DNA of 64,000 nt from an uncultured Actinomycetota bacterium. Lineage in GTDB: Bacteria; Actinomycetota; Actinomycetes; Mycobacteriales; Mycobacteriaceae. Location: contig CAWCRJ010000008.1 of assembly GCA_963797865.1 (NCBI GenBank), positions 24,778 to 88,777 on the forward strand. The letters run 5' to 3'. The number at the start of each line of letters is the position of its first letter. Positions within the stretch are counted from its first letter, which is position 1. Positions 50,932-62,175 of this stretch are shown one piece after another. Both the position numbers and the translations under genes were made by a program. The notes below the pieces were generated by a model. It had not been told where the DNA came from. It worked only from the letters and a program-made list of their open reading frames with translations, and ran no database searches.

Positions 50932-53286
50932 ATGCTGCAAGCAATCACCCGACTTGCCATCGCCGCGCCCCGACGCATCATCGGGGTCGCCATGTTGGTG
51001 CTCGTTGGGGCCGCGGTCTTCGGTCTACCGGTGATAAACAGCCTATCTGGCGGCGGGTTTCAGGATCCGACCTCGGAGTCGGCGCGGGCCACTGACGTCC
51101 TCCGCGACAGGTTCAACCAGACCGATCAGCAGATGCTCATCGTCGTGACCGCGCCTGCCGGCGTCCAGAGCAATCGAGCGCGCGACGTCGGCATCGACAT
51201 CGTCGATCACCTGAAAGTGTCACCGTGGGTGCTGGACGTTTCCTCCGCCTGGACGTCGCCGCCGCGGGCCGCTGCCCAGCTGGTCAGCAAGGACCGAAAG
51301 TCCGGGATGATCGTCGCCGGGCTGAAAGGCGGCGAAAACGATGCCCAGAAGTACGCCAGCGCGCTCACCGACAAGCTGGTGCACGACCGCGACGGTGTCA
51401 CCGTGCGCGCCGGGGGAATGGCCGTGGCGTACGCGCAGATCAATGACCAAAATGAGCGCGACCTGGTGTTGATGGAGTCCATCGCGATTCCGCTGAGCTT
51501 TGCGGTGCTGGTCTGGGTGTTGGGTGGGGTCATCGCCGCCGCGCTGCCGATCGTCGTGGGGGCGCTGGCCATCGTCTGCACCATGTCGGTGTTGCGGCTG
51601 ATCAGCTTTGCAACCGACGTGTCGACCTACGCGCTGGACTTGAGTATCGCGATGGGCCTCGCCCTGGCGATCGACTACAACCTGCTGATCATCAGCCGCT
51701 ACCGCGAGGAGCTGGCACGCAGCGGTGATCGGGAGCGGGCGCTGATGCGAACCATGGCAACCGCCGGCCGCACTGTGCTGTTCTCCGCGACCACCGTCGG
51801 GTTGTCGATGGCGGTGATGGCGCTGTTCCCGATGTACTTCTTGAAGTCGTCGGCTTACACCATCGTGGCCACCGCGGCCATCGTCGCGGTCGCGGCGGTC
51901 GTGGTCACCCCGGCGGCGATCGCCATGCTGGGGCCCCGGCTGGACGCGCTGGACGGCCGGCGGGTGATGCATCGCATACTGCACGGGCAGCGATCGTTCC
52001 GCGATCACGCACACCAGCCGCTCGAGGCGCAGTTCTGGTACCGGTCGACCAAATATGTACTGCGCCATGCGATGCCGGTCGGTCTGAGCGTCGTTGCCTT
52101 GCTGTTGTTGCTGGGGGTCCCGTTCCTGGGAGTGAAGTGGGGCTTTCCGGATGAGCGGGTGCTGCCCCGATCGGCGTCGGCGCGCCAGGTCGCCGACATG
52201 CTGGACAACGACTTCGCCAACGGACTGGGCACGGGCGTGACCGTCGTCGTGCCGGACGCCCGCGGCGTGACCCCCGCCGACCTGGAGCGCTACGCCTCCG
52301 AGCTGTCGCGGGTCCCCGACGTGTCCGCGGTCACCGCGCCGACCGGGACCTTCGTGGCCGGAAAGCCAGCGGGGCCACCCGCCGCTGCCACCGGCCTCGC
52401 CAATGGCACCGCATTCCTCACCGTGGCCAGTACGGCGCCGCTTTATTCGCAAGCGTCGAACATCCAACTCGACCGGTTGCACAAGGTCGCCGGACCGGCG
52501 GGGCGGTCGGCGGAGATGACGGGGCTGTCGCAGATCAACCGCGACAGCGTCAGTGCGATCACCAAGCGGCTGCCCACCGTGTTTCTGCTGATCGCCGGCA
52601 TCACCTTCATGCTGCTGTTCTTGCTCACCGGCAGTGCGGTCCTGCCGTTGCAGGCGCTGGTGTGCAACGTGTTGTCGCTGACGGCAGCATTCGGCGCCAT
52701 GGTGTGGATTTTCCAAGACGGCCACCTCAACGCGCTGGGGACCACGCCCAACGGGACGTTGAACGCCAACATTCCAGTGTTGTTGTTCTGCATCGCCTTC
52801 GGGCTGGCGATGGACTACGAGGTATTCCTGGTGTCCCGGATCCACGAGTACTGGTTAGCCTCGCAAGCCATCGAGGAGACGCCGCCGACCGCCGCCGAGG
52901 CGCGCGCGGCCACGGACGAGAGCACGGCGTTGGGCATAGCCGGCATCGGTCGGGTGGTCACCACCGCCGCCGTGGTGATGTCCATTTCGTTCGCCGCATT
53001 GATACCGGCCCATGTGTCGTTCATGCGAATGCTCGGTCTCGGACTGACGCTTGCCGTGCTGGCCGACGCCACCTTGGTGCGGATGGTCCTGGTTCCGGCC
53101 TTCATCCGCCTGCTGGGCCGCTGGACGTGGTGGGCCCCCCGCCCACTGGTTTGGCTGCGGGAACGATCCGCGACCGGTGAAGACGGTGAGGTTGCGGTGG
53201 GGCGGCGCCGCTGGGCCGCTGACGCGCCCAAGTCGCTACGGCCCATGATCAGGAGGTGGCCGACCAAAGCGGCGGATCGCGGTTAG
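50932..53286 (+). CDS. MmpL-family RND transporter (MmpL13-like)
   Basis: Two MMPL halves: GLALAIDYNLLIISRYREE and FGLAMDYEVFLVSRIHE; DATLVRMVLVPA. Confidence 0.92.
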   Translation: MLQAITRLAIAAPRRIIGVAMLVLVGAAVFGLPVINSLSGGGFQDPTSESARATDVLRDRFNQTDQQMLIVVTAPAGVQSNRARDVGIDIVDHLKVSPWVLDVSSAWTSPPRAAAQLVSKDRKSGMIVAGLKGGENDAQKYASALTDKLVHDRDGVTVRAGGMAVAYAQINDQNERDLVLMESIAIPLSFAVLVWVLGGVIAAALPIVVGALAIVCTMSVLRLISFATDVSTYALDLSIAMGLALAIDYNLLIISRYREELARSGDRERALMRTMATAGRTVLFSATTVGLSMAVMALFPMYFLKSSAYTIVATAAIVAVAAVVVTPAAIAMLGPRLDALDGRRVMHRILHGQRSFRDHAHQPLEAQFWYRSTKYVLRHAMPVGLSVVALLLLLGVPFLGVKWGFPDERVLPRSASARQVADMLDNDFANGLGTGVTVVVPDARGVTPADLERYASELSRVPDVSAVTAPTGTFVAGKPAGPPAAATGLANGTAFLTVASTAPLYSQASNIQLDRLHKVAGPAGRSAEMTGLSQINRDSVSAITKRLPTVFLLIAGITFMLLFLLTGSAVLPLQALVCNVLSLTAAFGAMVWIFQDGHLNALGTTPNGTLNANIPVLLFCIAFGLAMDYEVFLVSRIHEYWLASQAIEETPPTAAEARAATDESTALGIAGIGRVVTTAAVVMSISFAALIPAHVSFMRMLGLGLTLAVLADATLVRMVLVPAFIRLLGRWTWWAPRPLVWLRERSATGEDGEVAVGRRRWAADAPKSLRPMIRRWPTKAADRG

Positions 53287-53315
53287 ATTGTGTCCAATCA
53301 CACTGTGACACAATC
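53286..53315. promoter_or_regulatory. Inverted repeat (operator or weak terminator)
   Basis: GATTGTGTC-N12-GACACAATC directly after the mmpL stop. Confidence 0.4.
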
Positions 53316-53409
53316 GTATTCCGAGATCGCTGCGGCGGTTGATGCCATGTGAGAAAGCCAGCTGTGGGGGGTACCGAATCCCAGAGTCCGACATCGACGG
53401 AGAGCCTTT

Positions 53410-54427
53410 ATGGACAAGACGGAAATCGCCGCACTACTGGCATTGAGTTCGGCGCTGTGCGTGGCGATCGGTGACGTCCTGCAGCAGCGCGCGGCGCACG
53501 GCATCGCCGACAGATCGGTCGGCCCCGTCGAATTGTTCGCCCACCTGCTTCGCAGTCAGCGGTGGTGGTGGGGCGCGCTGCTCCTGGTGGCAAGCATCGC
53601 GTTGCAGGCCGCGGCGCTGGGCGGGGGCTCGGTGCTGCTGGTGCAGGCGTTGCTGACGTCTTCGGTGCTGTTCGCGCTGCCCATCAACGCCAGGTTGTCG
53701 CACCGCGCCGTGACCGGCGGCGAATGGATGTGGGCCGCTTTGCTCACCGCTGCGGTGATCGTGGTCGTGATCGTCGGCAATCCGCAGGCCGGTCACTCGG
53801 GCGCATCGCTTCGAACCTGGGCTCGCGGTGGCGGTGGTCCTTGGGCCGTTGTTGGTCGGTTGCGTGGTGGCCGGCCGGATGCGGGGTGGTGCGGTGGCCG
53901 CCGTGCTGTTCGCTTTCGTGTCAGGGTCGCTGTGGGGCATCTTCGCGGTGCTCACGAAGGAAGTCGTCGCTCGGCTGGGCGACGGCGAAGGGGTGGTCGC
54001 CCGGACCCCTGAGTTCTACGCCTGCATCCTGGTCGCACTCGGCGGCGTGGCGTGGAGCCAGTCGGCGTTTCGGGCGGGTCCATTGACCGCGTCCATGCCC
54101 ACCTTGTAGATGTCGCAGCCGGTCGTGGCGGCGGTGCTGGGCGTCGTCGTCCTCGGCGAGACGCTGGACGCGGGACGCGCAGGGATGATCGCCCTGGTGG
54201 CGGCGGTGTTGGTGATGACGGCGGCCATCATCAAGCTCGCCCGCGTCGAGGCCGTCAGCACCCGCGACAGGGTCGAGGCGCAGCTGCACGAAGAGGTCGG
54301 TCTAGCCGGCGTAATCGGCCCGCTGCGGGCCCTGGACCTCGCCCCGAATGACGAATTCATTGCGGTGGCGACACCGATCGGCTGCCCCGGCTCGCATTGG
54401 CATGGGAGCGCCGGCAAAAGCCATTAG
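53410..54427 (+). pseudogene. DMT-family membrane transporter; frameshift near 53825 and in-frame TAG at 54107-54109
   Basis: GDVLQQRAA, LQAAALG-GSVLLVQAL, QSAFRAGPLTASMPTL*MSQPVV. Confidence 0.85.
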
Positions 54428-54491
54428 AATGCCTGCAGCTGTTCGCTGGTCAGCGGTGACCAACCAGGAGAATATACTGGAAGGTCACTGG

Positions 54492-55688
54492 ATGGCGCGT
54501 TTGCGGAGACGACGATCGTGGCTGGTGGCCGCGATCGTTCCGATTGCTGTGTTCAGTGGCGCCTGTAACGGCGATCACACGGCGGCACCGGCGAAGGTCA
54601 TCTTCGACAAAGGCACGCCACTGGCCGACCTGCTGGTCCCGAAGCTCACCGCTTCGGTGACCGATGGCGCCGTTGGTGTGACGGTGGATGCTCCTGTGAC
54701 GGTGACCGTCGCCGACGGCGTGCTCGCGTCGGTCACCATGGTCAACGAGAACGGTAGGTCGATCAGTGGCCAGTTGAGCCCCGACGGCCTGCGTTGGTCG
54801 ACCACCGAGCAGCTCGGCTACAACAGGCGCTACACACTGAACGCGAAGGCGACCGGTCTGGGCGGGGCGGCCAACAAGCAGATGACGTTCGAGACCAGTT
54901 CACCCGCGCACCTGACCATGCCCTACGTCAGTCCGGCCGACGGCGACGTGGTGGGCATCGGTGAGCCGGTGGCGATCCGCTTCGACGAGAACATCGCGAA
55001 CCGCGCGGCGGCCCAAAAGGCGATCAACATCACCACCAACCCTCCGGTGGAGGGCGCGTTCTATTGGCTGAACAACCGCGAGGTTCGTTGGCGCCCGGAG
55101 CGTTTCTGGAAGTCGGGGACAACGATCGATGTGGCGGTCAACACCTACGGAGTGGACCTGGGCGACGGAATGTTCGGTGAGGACAACGTCAAGTCGCACT
55201 TCACCATCGGTGACGAGGTCGTCTCGACGGCCGACGACACCACGAAGATGGTGACCGTGCGGGTCAACGGCGAGGTCGTCAAGACCATGCCGACGTCAAT
55301 GGGTAAGGACAGCACTCCAACGGCCAACGGCGTCTACATCATTGGTGGGCGGTTCAAGCACATCATCATGGATTCCTCGACCTACGGCGTTCCGGTCAAC
55401 TCGCCCAACGGATATCGCACCGAAGTCGACTGGGCCACGCAGATGTCCTACAGCGGCGTCTTCGTGCACTCGGCACCGTGGTCGGTGGGCGCCCAAGGCC
55501 ACACCAACACCAGCCACGGCTGCCTCAACGTGAGTCCGAGCAACGCCGAGTGGTTCTACGACCACAGCAAGAGCGGCGACATCGTTGAGGTGGTGCACAC
55601 GGTCGGGTCGACGCTGCCGGGGATCGAGGGCCTGGGCGACTGGAACATCCCCTGGGCGCAGTGGAAAGCGGGCAACGCCAACACCTGA
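54492..55688 (+). CDS. ldtB: L,D-transpeptidase LdtMt2/LppS lipoprotein
   Basis: Lipobox SGAC; catalytic [23 protein letters not shown]; synteny with Rv2518c. Confidence 0.95.
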   Translation: MARLRRRRSWLVAAIVPIAVFSGACNGDHTAAPAKVIFDKGTPLADLLVPKLTASVTDGAVGVTVDAPVTVTVADGVLASVTMVNENGRSISGQLSPDGLRWSTTEQLGYNRRYTLNAKATGLGGAANKQMTFETSSPAHLTMPYVSPADGDVVGIGEPVAIRFDENIANRAAAQKAINITTNPPVEGAFYWLNNREVRWRPERFWKSGTTIDVAVNTYGVDLGDGMFGEDNVKSHFTIGDEVVSTADDTTKMVTVRVNGEVVKTMPTSMGKDSTPTANGVYIIGGRFKHIIMDSSTYGVPVNSPNGYRTEVDWATQMSYSGVFVHSAPWSVGAQGHTNTSHGCLNVSPSNAEWFYDHSKSGDIVEVVHTVGSTLPGIEGLGDWNIPWAQWKAGNANT

Positions 55689-55731
55689 CGCTCGGCTCGA
55701 GCTCGGCCCGTCCTCGCGACTCCGCATCTAA

Positions 55732-55761
55732 AGGTCAGGGAGCGGTGATGCTCCCTGACCT
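55732..55761. terminator. Hairpin terminator between convergent ldtB and tRNA-His
   Basis: AGGTCAGGGAGC-GGTGAT-GCTCCCTGACCT perfect 12-bp stem. Confidence 0.75.
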
Positions 55762-55763
55762 AA

Positions 55764-55840
55764 TGGGGTGAGTGACGGGACTCGAACCCGCGACATTCAG
55801 GATCACAACCTGACGCTCTACCAACTGAACTACACCCACC
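55764..55840 (-). tRNA. hisT: tRNA-His (GTG)
   Basis: GGTGGGTGTAGTTCAGTTGGTAGAGCGTCAGGTTGTGATCCTGAATGTCGCGGGTTCGAGTCCCGTCACTCACCCCA with G-1. Confidence 0.97.
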
Positions 55841-55894
55841 ACGGCCGCAAGCCGACCTTCGCACGATGAGGGTCAACGAGCGGCGACGTCGATA

Positions 55895-56542
55895 CTAGCC
55901 GGTTGGCGGCGCGCTGGCCGAATCGCTTGGCCCCGGTGCGTCTTTTCCGCCGTCAAGGATGGCGACCACCGCCTCGATTTCGCTGGTAGACGGCCCCGGC
56001 GGCGAGACGAATACGGTCTGCCGGTAGAACTGCAGCTCGCGGATCGACTCATGGATGTCGGCCAGTGCGCGGTGGGCCAGCCCCTTGACCGGCTGACCGA
56101 AGTAAATCCGCGGATACCAGCGCCGGCAAAGTTCTTTGATCGAGCTCACATCGATCATGCGGTAGTGCAGGAACGAATCCAGGGCGGGCATGTCGCGCGC
56201 GATGAAGGCGCGGTCGGTGGCGATGGAGTTGCCGGCCAGCGGCGCCGTCTGAGGTTGTTTGACGTGTTCGCCGATGTAATCCAGAACCATCGCCTCGGCG
56301 GTCGCCAGGTCGACGGTGGATGCCCGCACCTCGTCGGTCAGCCCGGAGCGCGAGTGCATTTCGGTGACCACGTCACCCATCGCCGCGAGCGCGGCGTCGT
56401 CGGCATGGACCACCACGTCGACTCCGTCGCCGAGAACGTTCAAATCGGCGTCGGTCACCAGCGCCGCGATCTCAATCAGCTTGTCCGAACCCAGATCAAG
56501 CCCGGTCATCTCGCAGTCGATCCACACCAATTCGTCCCGCAC
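55895..56542 (-). CDS. orn: Oligoribonuclease
   Basis: [33 protein letters not shown]. Confidence 0.97.
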   Translation of the reverse strand: MRDELVWIDCEMTGLDLGSDKLIEIAALVTDADLNVLGDGVDVVVHADDAALAAMGDVVTEMHSRSGLTDEVRASTVDLATAEAMVLDYIGEHVKQPQTAPLAGNSIATDRAFIARDMPALDSFLHYRMIDVSSIKELCRRWYPRIYFGQPVKGLAHRALADIHESIRELQFYRQTVFVSPPGPSTSEIEAVVAILDGGKDAPGPSDSASAPPTG

Positions 56543-56662
56543 AGCGCTCAGACTAGGCCCAGGTGACGCGCGCGCCGGACCTCGCCCCCGGATGCGCTGG
56601 ACAAGTAGGGTGAGCGTTGTCGAACTGCACGCCGAATCATCGGGGAAGAGAGGCGCAGCACG

Positions 56663-58243
56663 ATGAGCACCGATTCAGCGGCCACGGCCGCGACGCGGAT
56701 CGCCGACGGCTACACCGTCGACGGCCAGGCACTGGAATTGGGCACGGTCGTCATCGACGGCGCGGCCGATCCGACGGCCCAGATCCGCATTCCGCTGGCC
56801 ACCATCAACAGGCACGGCCTGGTGGCCGGAGCCACCGGAACCGGCAAGACCAAGACGCTGCAACTGATCGCCGAGCAGCTCAGCGCCGCGGGTGTCCCCG
56901 TGCTGATGGCCGACGTGAAGGGCGACCTGTCCGGGCTGGCCAGGCCCGGCGAAGGTAACGACAAGACCGCCGCGCGAGCCAAAGACACCGGCGACAACTG
57001 GGAGCCGACGGGGTTTCCGGCTGAGTTTTTGTCGTTGGGCACCAAGGGAATCGGCGTGCCCATCCGCGCGACCGTCGATAGCTTCGGGCCCGTTCTGCTG
57101 TCAAAAGTGCTGGGGCTCAACGCTACTCAAGAGTCGACGCTCGGGCTGATCTTCCATTGGGCGAAGGATCAAAACCGTCGGCTGGTCACCACGGACGATC
57201 TACGCGGTGCGATCGGCTACCTGACCAGCGATGCGGGCAAGGAAGACCTGAAATCCTTAGGCGGCGTGTCGGCGACGACGGCGGGCGTCATCCTGCGGGC
57301 GCTGGTGAACCTCGATGCCGAGGGCGGGGACACCTTCTTCGGCGAGCCCAAGCTCGACCCGAACGATCTGTTGCGCACCAACGACCAGGGCCAGGGCTTT
57401 ATCTCGCTGCTGGAGTTCACCGGTCAGTCGGTTCGGCCGGTCATCTTCTCTACTTTCCTGATGTGGCTGCTCGCCGACCTGTACACCCAACTGGACGAGG
57501 TCGGCGACGTGGACAAGCCGAAACTGGTCTTTTTCTTCGACGAGGCGCACCTGTTGTTCGCCGACGCGTCCAAGGCCTTCCTCGAGCAGGTCGAGCAGAC
57601 CGTCAAGCTGATCCGCTCCAAGGGAGTCGGGGTGTTCTTCTGCACCCAGCTGCCCACGGATATCCCCAACGACATCCTCTCCCAGCTGGGCGCCCGAATT
57701 CAGCACGCGCTGCGGGCATTCACGCCCGACGACCAGAAGGCGCTCAGCAGGACCGTCCGCACCTACCCGAAAACCGATGTGTACGACCTGGAGTCGGCGC
57801 TGACGTCGCTGGGAATCGGCGAGGCGGTGGTTACCGTGCTGTCCGAGAAGGGCGCACCGACGCCGGTCGCGTGGACCCGCATGCGGGTGCCACGCTCGCT
57901 GATGGCGTCGATCGGCAACGATGCGATCGTGGCCGCGGCGAAGAACAGTCCGCTGCAGGCAAAGTACGGCCAGACGCTTTCCCTACCCGCGCAGCCCCAA
58001 TCCGGTCGGCAGGATCCGCAAGCCGAGCCCGCCCCGCAGCCGCCGCAAACCCGGTCCGAGTACCCGCCGGTCCCGCCGAACGAGGCGGTTCCACCGATGC
58101 CGGAGCCGGCCGAGCCGAAGGGCACAAAAGGGCCATCCATGTGGGAGGAAGTTTTGCAGAACCCGACCGTGAAAAGCGGCATCAACACCGCGATACGCGA
58201 AGCGGTGAAAGGCATCTTCGGTTCCGGACGCCGCGGGAAATAG
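56663..58243 (+). CDS. DUF853 HerA-like ATPase (Rv2510c ortholog)
   Basis: GATGTGKT Walker A, FFFDEAH Walker B, IRSKGVG. Confidence 0.92.
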   Translation: MSTDSAATAATRIADGYTVDGQALELGTVVIDGAADPTAQIRIPLATINRHGLVAGATGTGKTKTLQLIAEQLSAAGVPVLMADVKGDLSGLARPGEGNDKTAARAKDTGDNWEPTGFPAEFLSLGTKGIGVPIRATVDSFGPVLLSKVLGLNATQESTLGLIFHWAKDQNRRLVTTDDLRGAIGYLTSDAGKEDLKSLGGVSATTAGVILRALVNLDAEGGDTFFGEPKLDPNDLLRTNDQGQGFISLLEFTGQSVRPVIFSTFLMWLLADLYTQLDEVGDVDKPKLVFFFDEAHLLFADASKAFLEQVEQTVKLIRSKGVGVFFCTQLPTDIPNDILSQLGARIQHALRAFTPDDQKALSRTVRTYPKTDVYDLESALTSLGIGEAVVTVLSEKGAPTPVAWTRMRVPRSLMASIGNDAIVAAAKNSPLQAKYGQTLSLPAQPQSGRQDPQAEPAPQPPQTRSEYPPVPPNEAVPPMPEPAEPKGTKGPSMWEEVLQNPTVKSGINTAIREAVKGIFGSGRRGK

Positions 58244-58246
58244 CGC

Positions 58247-59054
58247 CTAGCCGCCGCCGAGCTTCTTGTAGAACGCGCCCACGATGGGCGCCACGATGGC
58301 GCGCGGACCGTACCCGCTGGCCACCGACATGGCCTTCGACGTCAGGCCCGGAACGACGCGCATCTTGTTGCGTGCCAACGCATCCAGCGACACTCGCGCG
58401 GTGTGCTCGGTCGAAATCCACAGGAAATCCGGCACCAGCCGCTCGACGATCGAGGCCTCTGTGTCGTCGGGCAGGTCGCTGCGTACCGGGCCAGGCGCCA
58501 GCAGCGTCACATTGACACCGGATCCGCGCAGTTCGCCGCGCAGCGATTCGCTGAAGGTGTTCGCGAAGGCCTTGGTGGCCGCATAGGTGGCGTTGTAGGG
58601 AATCGGCGAATTGCCCGCCGCCGAACCGGAAATCAGGATTCCGCCGGACCCTACGCTCGACCATTCCGGGCAGCACCGCCAACGTAAGGTCATGCACCCC
58701 AAGCACATTCAGCTGCAGCTGGGCCTTTTCGCCGGCCGGATTGAGCGTGGCGACCGGGCCGAAGGTCGCGGTGCCCGCATTGGCGCACAGGATCGAGATG
58801 GGGCGGGTGGCCAGCTCGTCGCACAGCTTCGCGCGTTCGCCCGGATCAGCCAGGTCGGCGGGGCGCACGTCGACAGTGACGCCGTACTTGTCGGTCAGGC
58901 GAGCGGCCAGGTCCTTGAGCAGGTCTTCGCGGCGCGCGGTGACGATCAGGTTGTGTCCGCGTGCGGCGAGTTCGGTGGCGAGCGCTTCACCGATGTTCTG
59001 CGAAGCTCCGGTGACAACGGCGCGCGCCTCGGGGCTTGGAGCGGGTAGCGGCAT
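58247..59054 (-). pseudogene. cmrA: Mycolate reductase CmrA (Rv2509 ortholog, SDR); +1 frameshift near 58650, most likely a sequencing error
   Basis: MPLPAPSPEARAVVTGASQNIG; YAATK in a second frame; synteny. Confidence 0.9.
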
Positions 59055-59122
59055 GCGCCAATCGTAGACAGCGGTCCAAACGCGGCCCGCAGGCGATCGC
59101 GAGCGCCTATAGAGTGCCGGGC

Positions 59123-60475
59123 ATGAGCCAGCCGGAGTCGCGTTCCGCCACCCCCGCGCGATCGCGCGTGGTGGCGTGGGCGCTCTGGGATTGCGGCTCG
59201 ACCGGTCTGAACGCGATCGTGGCGACGTTCGTCTTCTCCGTCTACCTGACCAGCAGCGTCGGGGCGGGGATATCCGGTCCCACCACGCCGGCGAGCTGGC
59301 TGGGCCGTGCGGCGGCCATCGCGGGGCTGACCGTCGCCGTGCTTGCGCCCGCCGTCGGCGTATGGGTGGAGTCCGCGCATCGCAGGCGGGTGGCGCTGAG
59401 TGTGCTGACGGCCGCGGCGGTGACGCTGACCTGCTTGATGTTCTTTGTCCGTGAGCGCCCCGGCTACCTGTGGGCGGGTCTGGTGCTCCTCGGGGCGACG
59501 GCGGCTTGCGGCGATCTGGCCAGCGTCCCGTACAACGCCATGCTTCGTCAGCTCTCGACACCGCAGACGGCCGGGCGGATATCCGGATTCGGTTGGGCGG
59601 CCGGTTATGTCGGAAGCGTTCTGCTCCTGCTGGTGATCTACACCGGCTTCATCTCCGGATCCGGCACCGGGCCCAATGCGACACGCGGCCTGCTGCGAGT
59701 TCCCCTGCGGGACGGGCTATATGTCCGTGAGGCGATGGTGGTGGCTGCGATCTGGTTCGCGGTGCTTGCGCTGCCTTTGCTGTTCGTCGCGCACCGGCTG
59801 ACCGAGTCGTCGGAGGCGCACCAGTCGACGAGCATGCTGGGTGGCTATCGCAAGTTGTGGATCGAGGTCGCCGCGGAGTGGCGGCGCGACCGCAACCTGG
59901 TCTACTTCCTGTTCGCCAGCGCGCTCTTTCGGGACGGGCTGGCGGCGATCTTCGCGTTCGGTGCGGTGCTGGGCGTCAACGTATACGGCATCTCGCAGGC
60001 CAACGTGCTGGTCTTCGGGGTAGCGGCCAGCGTGATCGCCGCTGTGGGCGCGGTGCTGGGTGGGTTCGTCGACCACCGCGTCGGATCAAAGCCCGTCATC
60101 GTGGCGTCACTGTTTGCGATCGTCGTCCTGGGACTGACCTTGATGGCGCTGTCCGGGCCGGTGGCCTTCTGGGTGTGCGGGCTGCTGCTGTGCATGTTCA
60201 TCGGGCCGTCGCAGTCGTCGTCGCGCGCTTTGCTGCTGCACATGGCCAAGCACGGGAGGGAAGGGGTCGCGTTCGGTCTCTACACCATGACCGGGCGGGC
60301 GGTGGCATTCGTGGCGCCCTGGCTGTTCTCGCTATTCGTTGACGTCTTCGGTGCCGTGCGCGCCGGCCTGGGCGGAATTTCGCTGGTGCTGATCGCCGGA
60401 CTGCTGGCGATGCTGGCGGTCCGGGTTCCGCTGCGCGGCGTCGCGGTAGCCGAACCCGCGGCCGAGACGTCGTAG
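59123..60475 (+). CDS. MFS transporter (Rv2508c ortholog)
   Basis: About 12 TM; WALWDCG, YNAML, GRISGFGW; TAGAGT -10 seven nt before the ATG. Confidence 0.92.
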   Translation: MSQPESRSATPARSRVVAWALWDCGSTGLNAIVATFVFSVYLTSSVGAGISGPTTPASWLGRAAAIAGLTVAVLAPAVGVWVESAHRRRVALSVLTAAAVTLTCLMFFVRERPGYLWAGLVLLGATAACGDLASVPYNAMLRQLSTPQTAGRISGFGWAAGYVGSVLLLLVIYTGFISGSGTGPNATRGLLRVPLRDGLYVREAMVVAAIWFAVLALPLLFVAHRLTESSEAHQSTSMLGGYRKLWIEVAAEWRRDRNLVYFLFASALFRDGLAAIFAFGAVLGVNVYGISQANVLVFGVAASVIAAVGAVLGGFVDHRVGSKPVIVASLFAIVVLGLTLMALSGPVAFWVCGLLLCMFIGPSQSSSRALLLHMAKHGREGVAFGLYTMTGRAVAFVAPWLFSLFVDVFGAVRAGLGGISLVLIAGLLAMLAVRVPLRGVAVAEPAAETS

Positions 60476-60492
60476 CCGGCTGGAGGTTGCGG

Positions 60493-61272
60493 CTAGCCGC
60501 GAGTGTCGCAGATCGTCAGACCGCCGCCGACGCGCTTGCTGACCTGAACCCCATCGACCGTGAGCGTGCAGGTGACGCTGTGGCCGATGTTGACGACCGT
60601 GACGTTGGCCGGGTGGCTGGCCGACTTCGACAGGCTGACCTCTTTACTCCAGGGCAGTGCGACGTTGAATTCGGTCTGGATGAGGCCGCCGGTATCGATG
60701 TACATGATGCTGATCGCGCGACCCTCACCCGAGACGGTGTAGACGACGTCTTGCATCGCGGCCGGCCCGGTCGTCTCTGGCGGCAGCTGCTCGGGGCCGC
60801 TGGTCGGCGGTATCGGGGCAGGGATGAGCGACGGCGACCGGTGCGTCGACGTGGTCGGGGCCTGCGTGCTCGGCTCGGGCATCGCCGGCAACGGTGGGAC
60901 GGCGGTCTGGGTCTTGATCGCGTCGTTCGCCAGCACCAGCGCGATCACCAAGGCGACGACCAGCAGCACCGCCGTGCCGGCACCGATCCATAACCATCGC
61001 GACGATTTCGGGCCGCCGGGCGGCGGGGGAGCCATGCCCGTCGGCATGTCGCCGGACGGAGGAAGGTCTTGCTGCCAGTACGCCGGCAGCTGCCTGGTCG
61101 TATTCGTCTCGTTCGGGGTGGGCACCCAGGGCGACGTCGTCCCGCCATAGCTCTGCGCGTAGGGCGTCTGGTCGGCGTACGCGGGATCAGCGGAGGGCGA
61201 ATACCTCGGCTGCTGCGGCCCCGGCTGCGATGTAGGAAACCGCTCGGTAGGACGTGAATCGTTCATGTCCAC
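60493..61272 (-). CDS. Pro-rich MmpS-family membrane protein (Rv2507 ortholog)
   Basis: Single TM; VVYTVSG, LPWSKEV, CTLTVDG...C. Confidence 0.88.
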   Translation of the reverse strand: MDMNDSRPTERFPTSQPGPQQPRYSPSADPAYADQTPYAQSYGGTTSPWVPTPNETNTTRQLPAYWQQDLPPSGDMPTGMAPPPPGGPKSSRWLWIGAGTAVLLVVALVIALVLANDAIKTQTAVPPLPAMPEPSTQAPTTSTHRSPSLIPAPIPPTSGPEQLPPETTGPAAMQDVVYTVSGEGRAISIMYIDTGGLIQTEFNVALPWSKEVSLSKSASHPANVTVVNIGHSVTCTLTVDGVQVSKRVGGGLTICDTRG

Positions 61273-61336
61273 CTCATGGCTTGCAAGGGTACCTGGACTC
61301 AGTGTTAAAGGCCTGAATCAGCTTACGACGGGGTGC

Positions 61337-61993
61337 TCAGGGGCACTGATTTCCGGCCGCGAGTGCGGCCACCGTCATCGCCCGCATGACGGTGCGCGAC
61401 CTCGCGGCGCCCACGGACTTGCTGCGCAAAGTGTCGGGGGGCTTCAAGCTGTGCGGTGTCGAATTCAGCAGGCCGAACACGGCGTGCGCGGTCAGCCGGG
61501 CATCGGCCTCGGCCAACTCGGGGTTCAGCTCCCGCAGCACCCCCACCCAGACCTCGACATATTGACGCTGGGATTTGCGCACCTGCTTTTCGGCGGCCTG
61601 GGGCAAGTACGCGAGGTCGCGATCCTGGATGCGGATGAGGTCCGGCTCGTTGAACACGAAGTCCAGATGGAAGTCGATCAGCCCGTCTAGTGCGGCCGCC
61701 GCATCGGTGCTGTCGGTCTGCACCTGCCGGGCGCCGGCGAGCAACCGGGTGCTGATCCCGACCAGCAACTCGACCAGCAGCGACTCCTTATTCGGGAAAT
61801 GGCGATAGATGGCCGGCCCGCTCACCCCGGCGGCCGCACCGATGTCTTCCAGCCGCACCGCGAGGAAACCGCGCTCGGCGAACAGCCGCTCGGCGGCGGA
61901 CAGCAGCTGCAAGCGGCGGTCGGACTTCAACTGGCTCCGGCGATTTGGCGCGTCAACGGGACCGACCTGGCCCTCGGAGGCGGACGCTGTCAT
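61337..61993 (-). CDS. bkaR: TetR regulator BkaR (Rv2506 ortholog)
   Basis: TetR HTH; divergent from accD1; cognate palindromes adjacent. Confidence 0.88.
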   Translation of the reverse strand: MTASASEGQVGPVDAPNRRSQLKSDRRLQLLSAAERLFAERGFLAVRLEDIGAAAGVSGPAIYRHFPNKESLLVELLVGISTRLLAGARQVQTDSTDAAAALDGLIDFHLDFVFNEPDLIRIQDRDLAYLPQAAEKQVRKSQRQYVEVWVGVLRELNPELAEADARLTAHAVFGLLNSTPHSLKPPDTLRSKSVGAARSRTVMRAMTVAALAAGNQCP

Positions 61994-62033
61994 GACGGAC
62001 CTCCGTTTGTCAATTGGCCCTAACGTAGCACGA

Positions 62034-62049
62034 GTTATTCGCGATTAAC
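62034..62049. promoter_or_regulatory. BkaR operator 1
   Basis: GTTATT-CGCG-ATTAAC fits GTTANT-N4-ANTAAC. Confidence 0.85.
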
Positions 62050-62111
62050 TCGCGCTTTTCGATGGGAGTGGTCCTGCCTGGACCGGCAACGGCGGCAATG
62101 GTATTCTCACG

Positions 62112-62139
62112 TCTTGAGTTAATGGGAATTAACTCAAGA
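62112..62139. promoter_or_regulatory. BkaR operator 2 (extended palindrome)
   Basis: TCTTGAGTTAAT-GGGA-ATTAACTCAAGA. Confidence 0.85.
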
Positions 62140-62175
62140 TCCCGACCGCACGACGGCGAGGAGGCTGCTGCGGCG

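Noticed and set aside
53289-53302. CRP site TGTGT...TCACA
   Set aside because: Spacer is 4 nt, not 6
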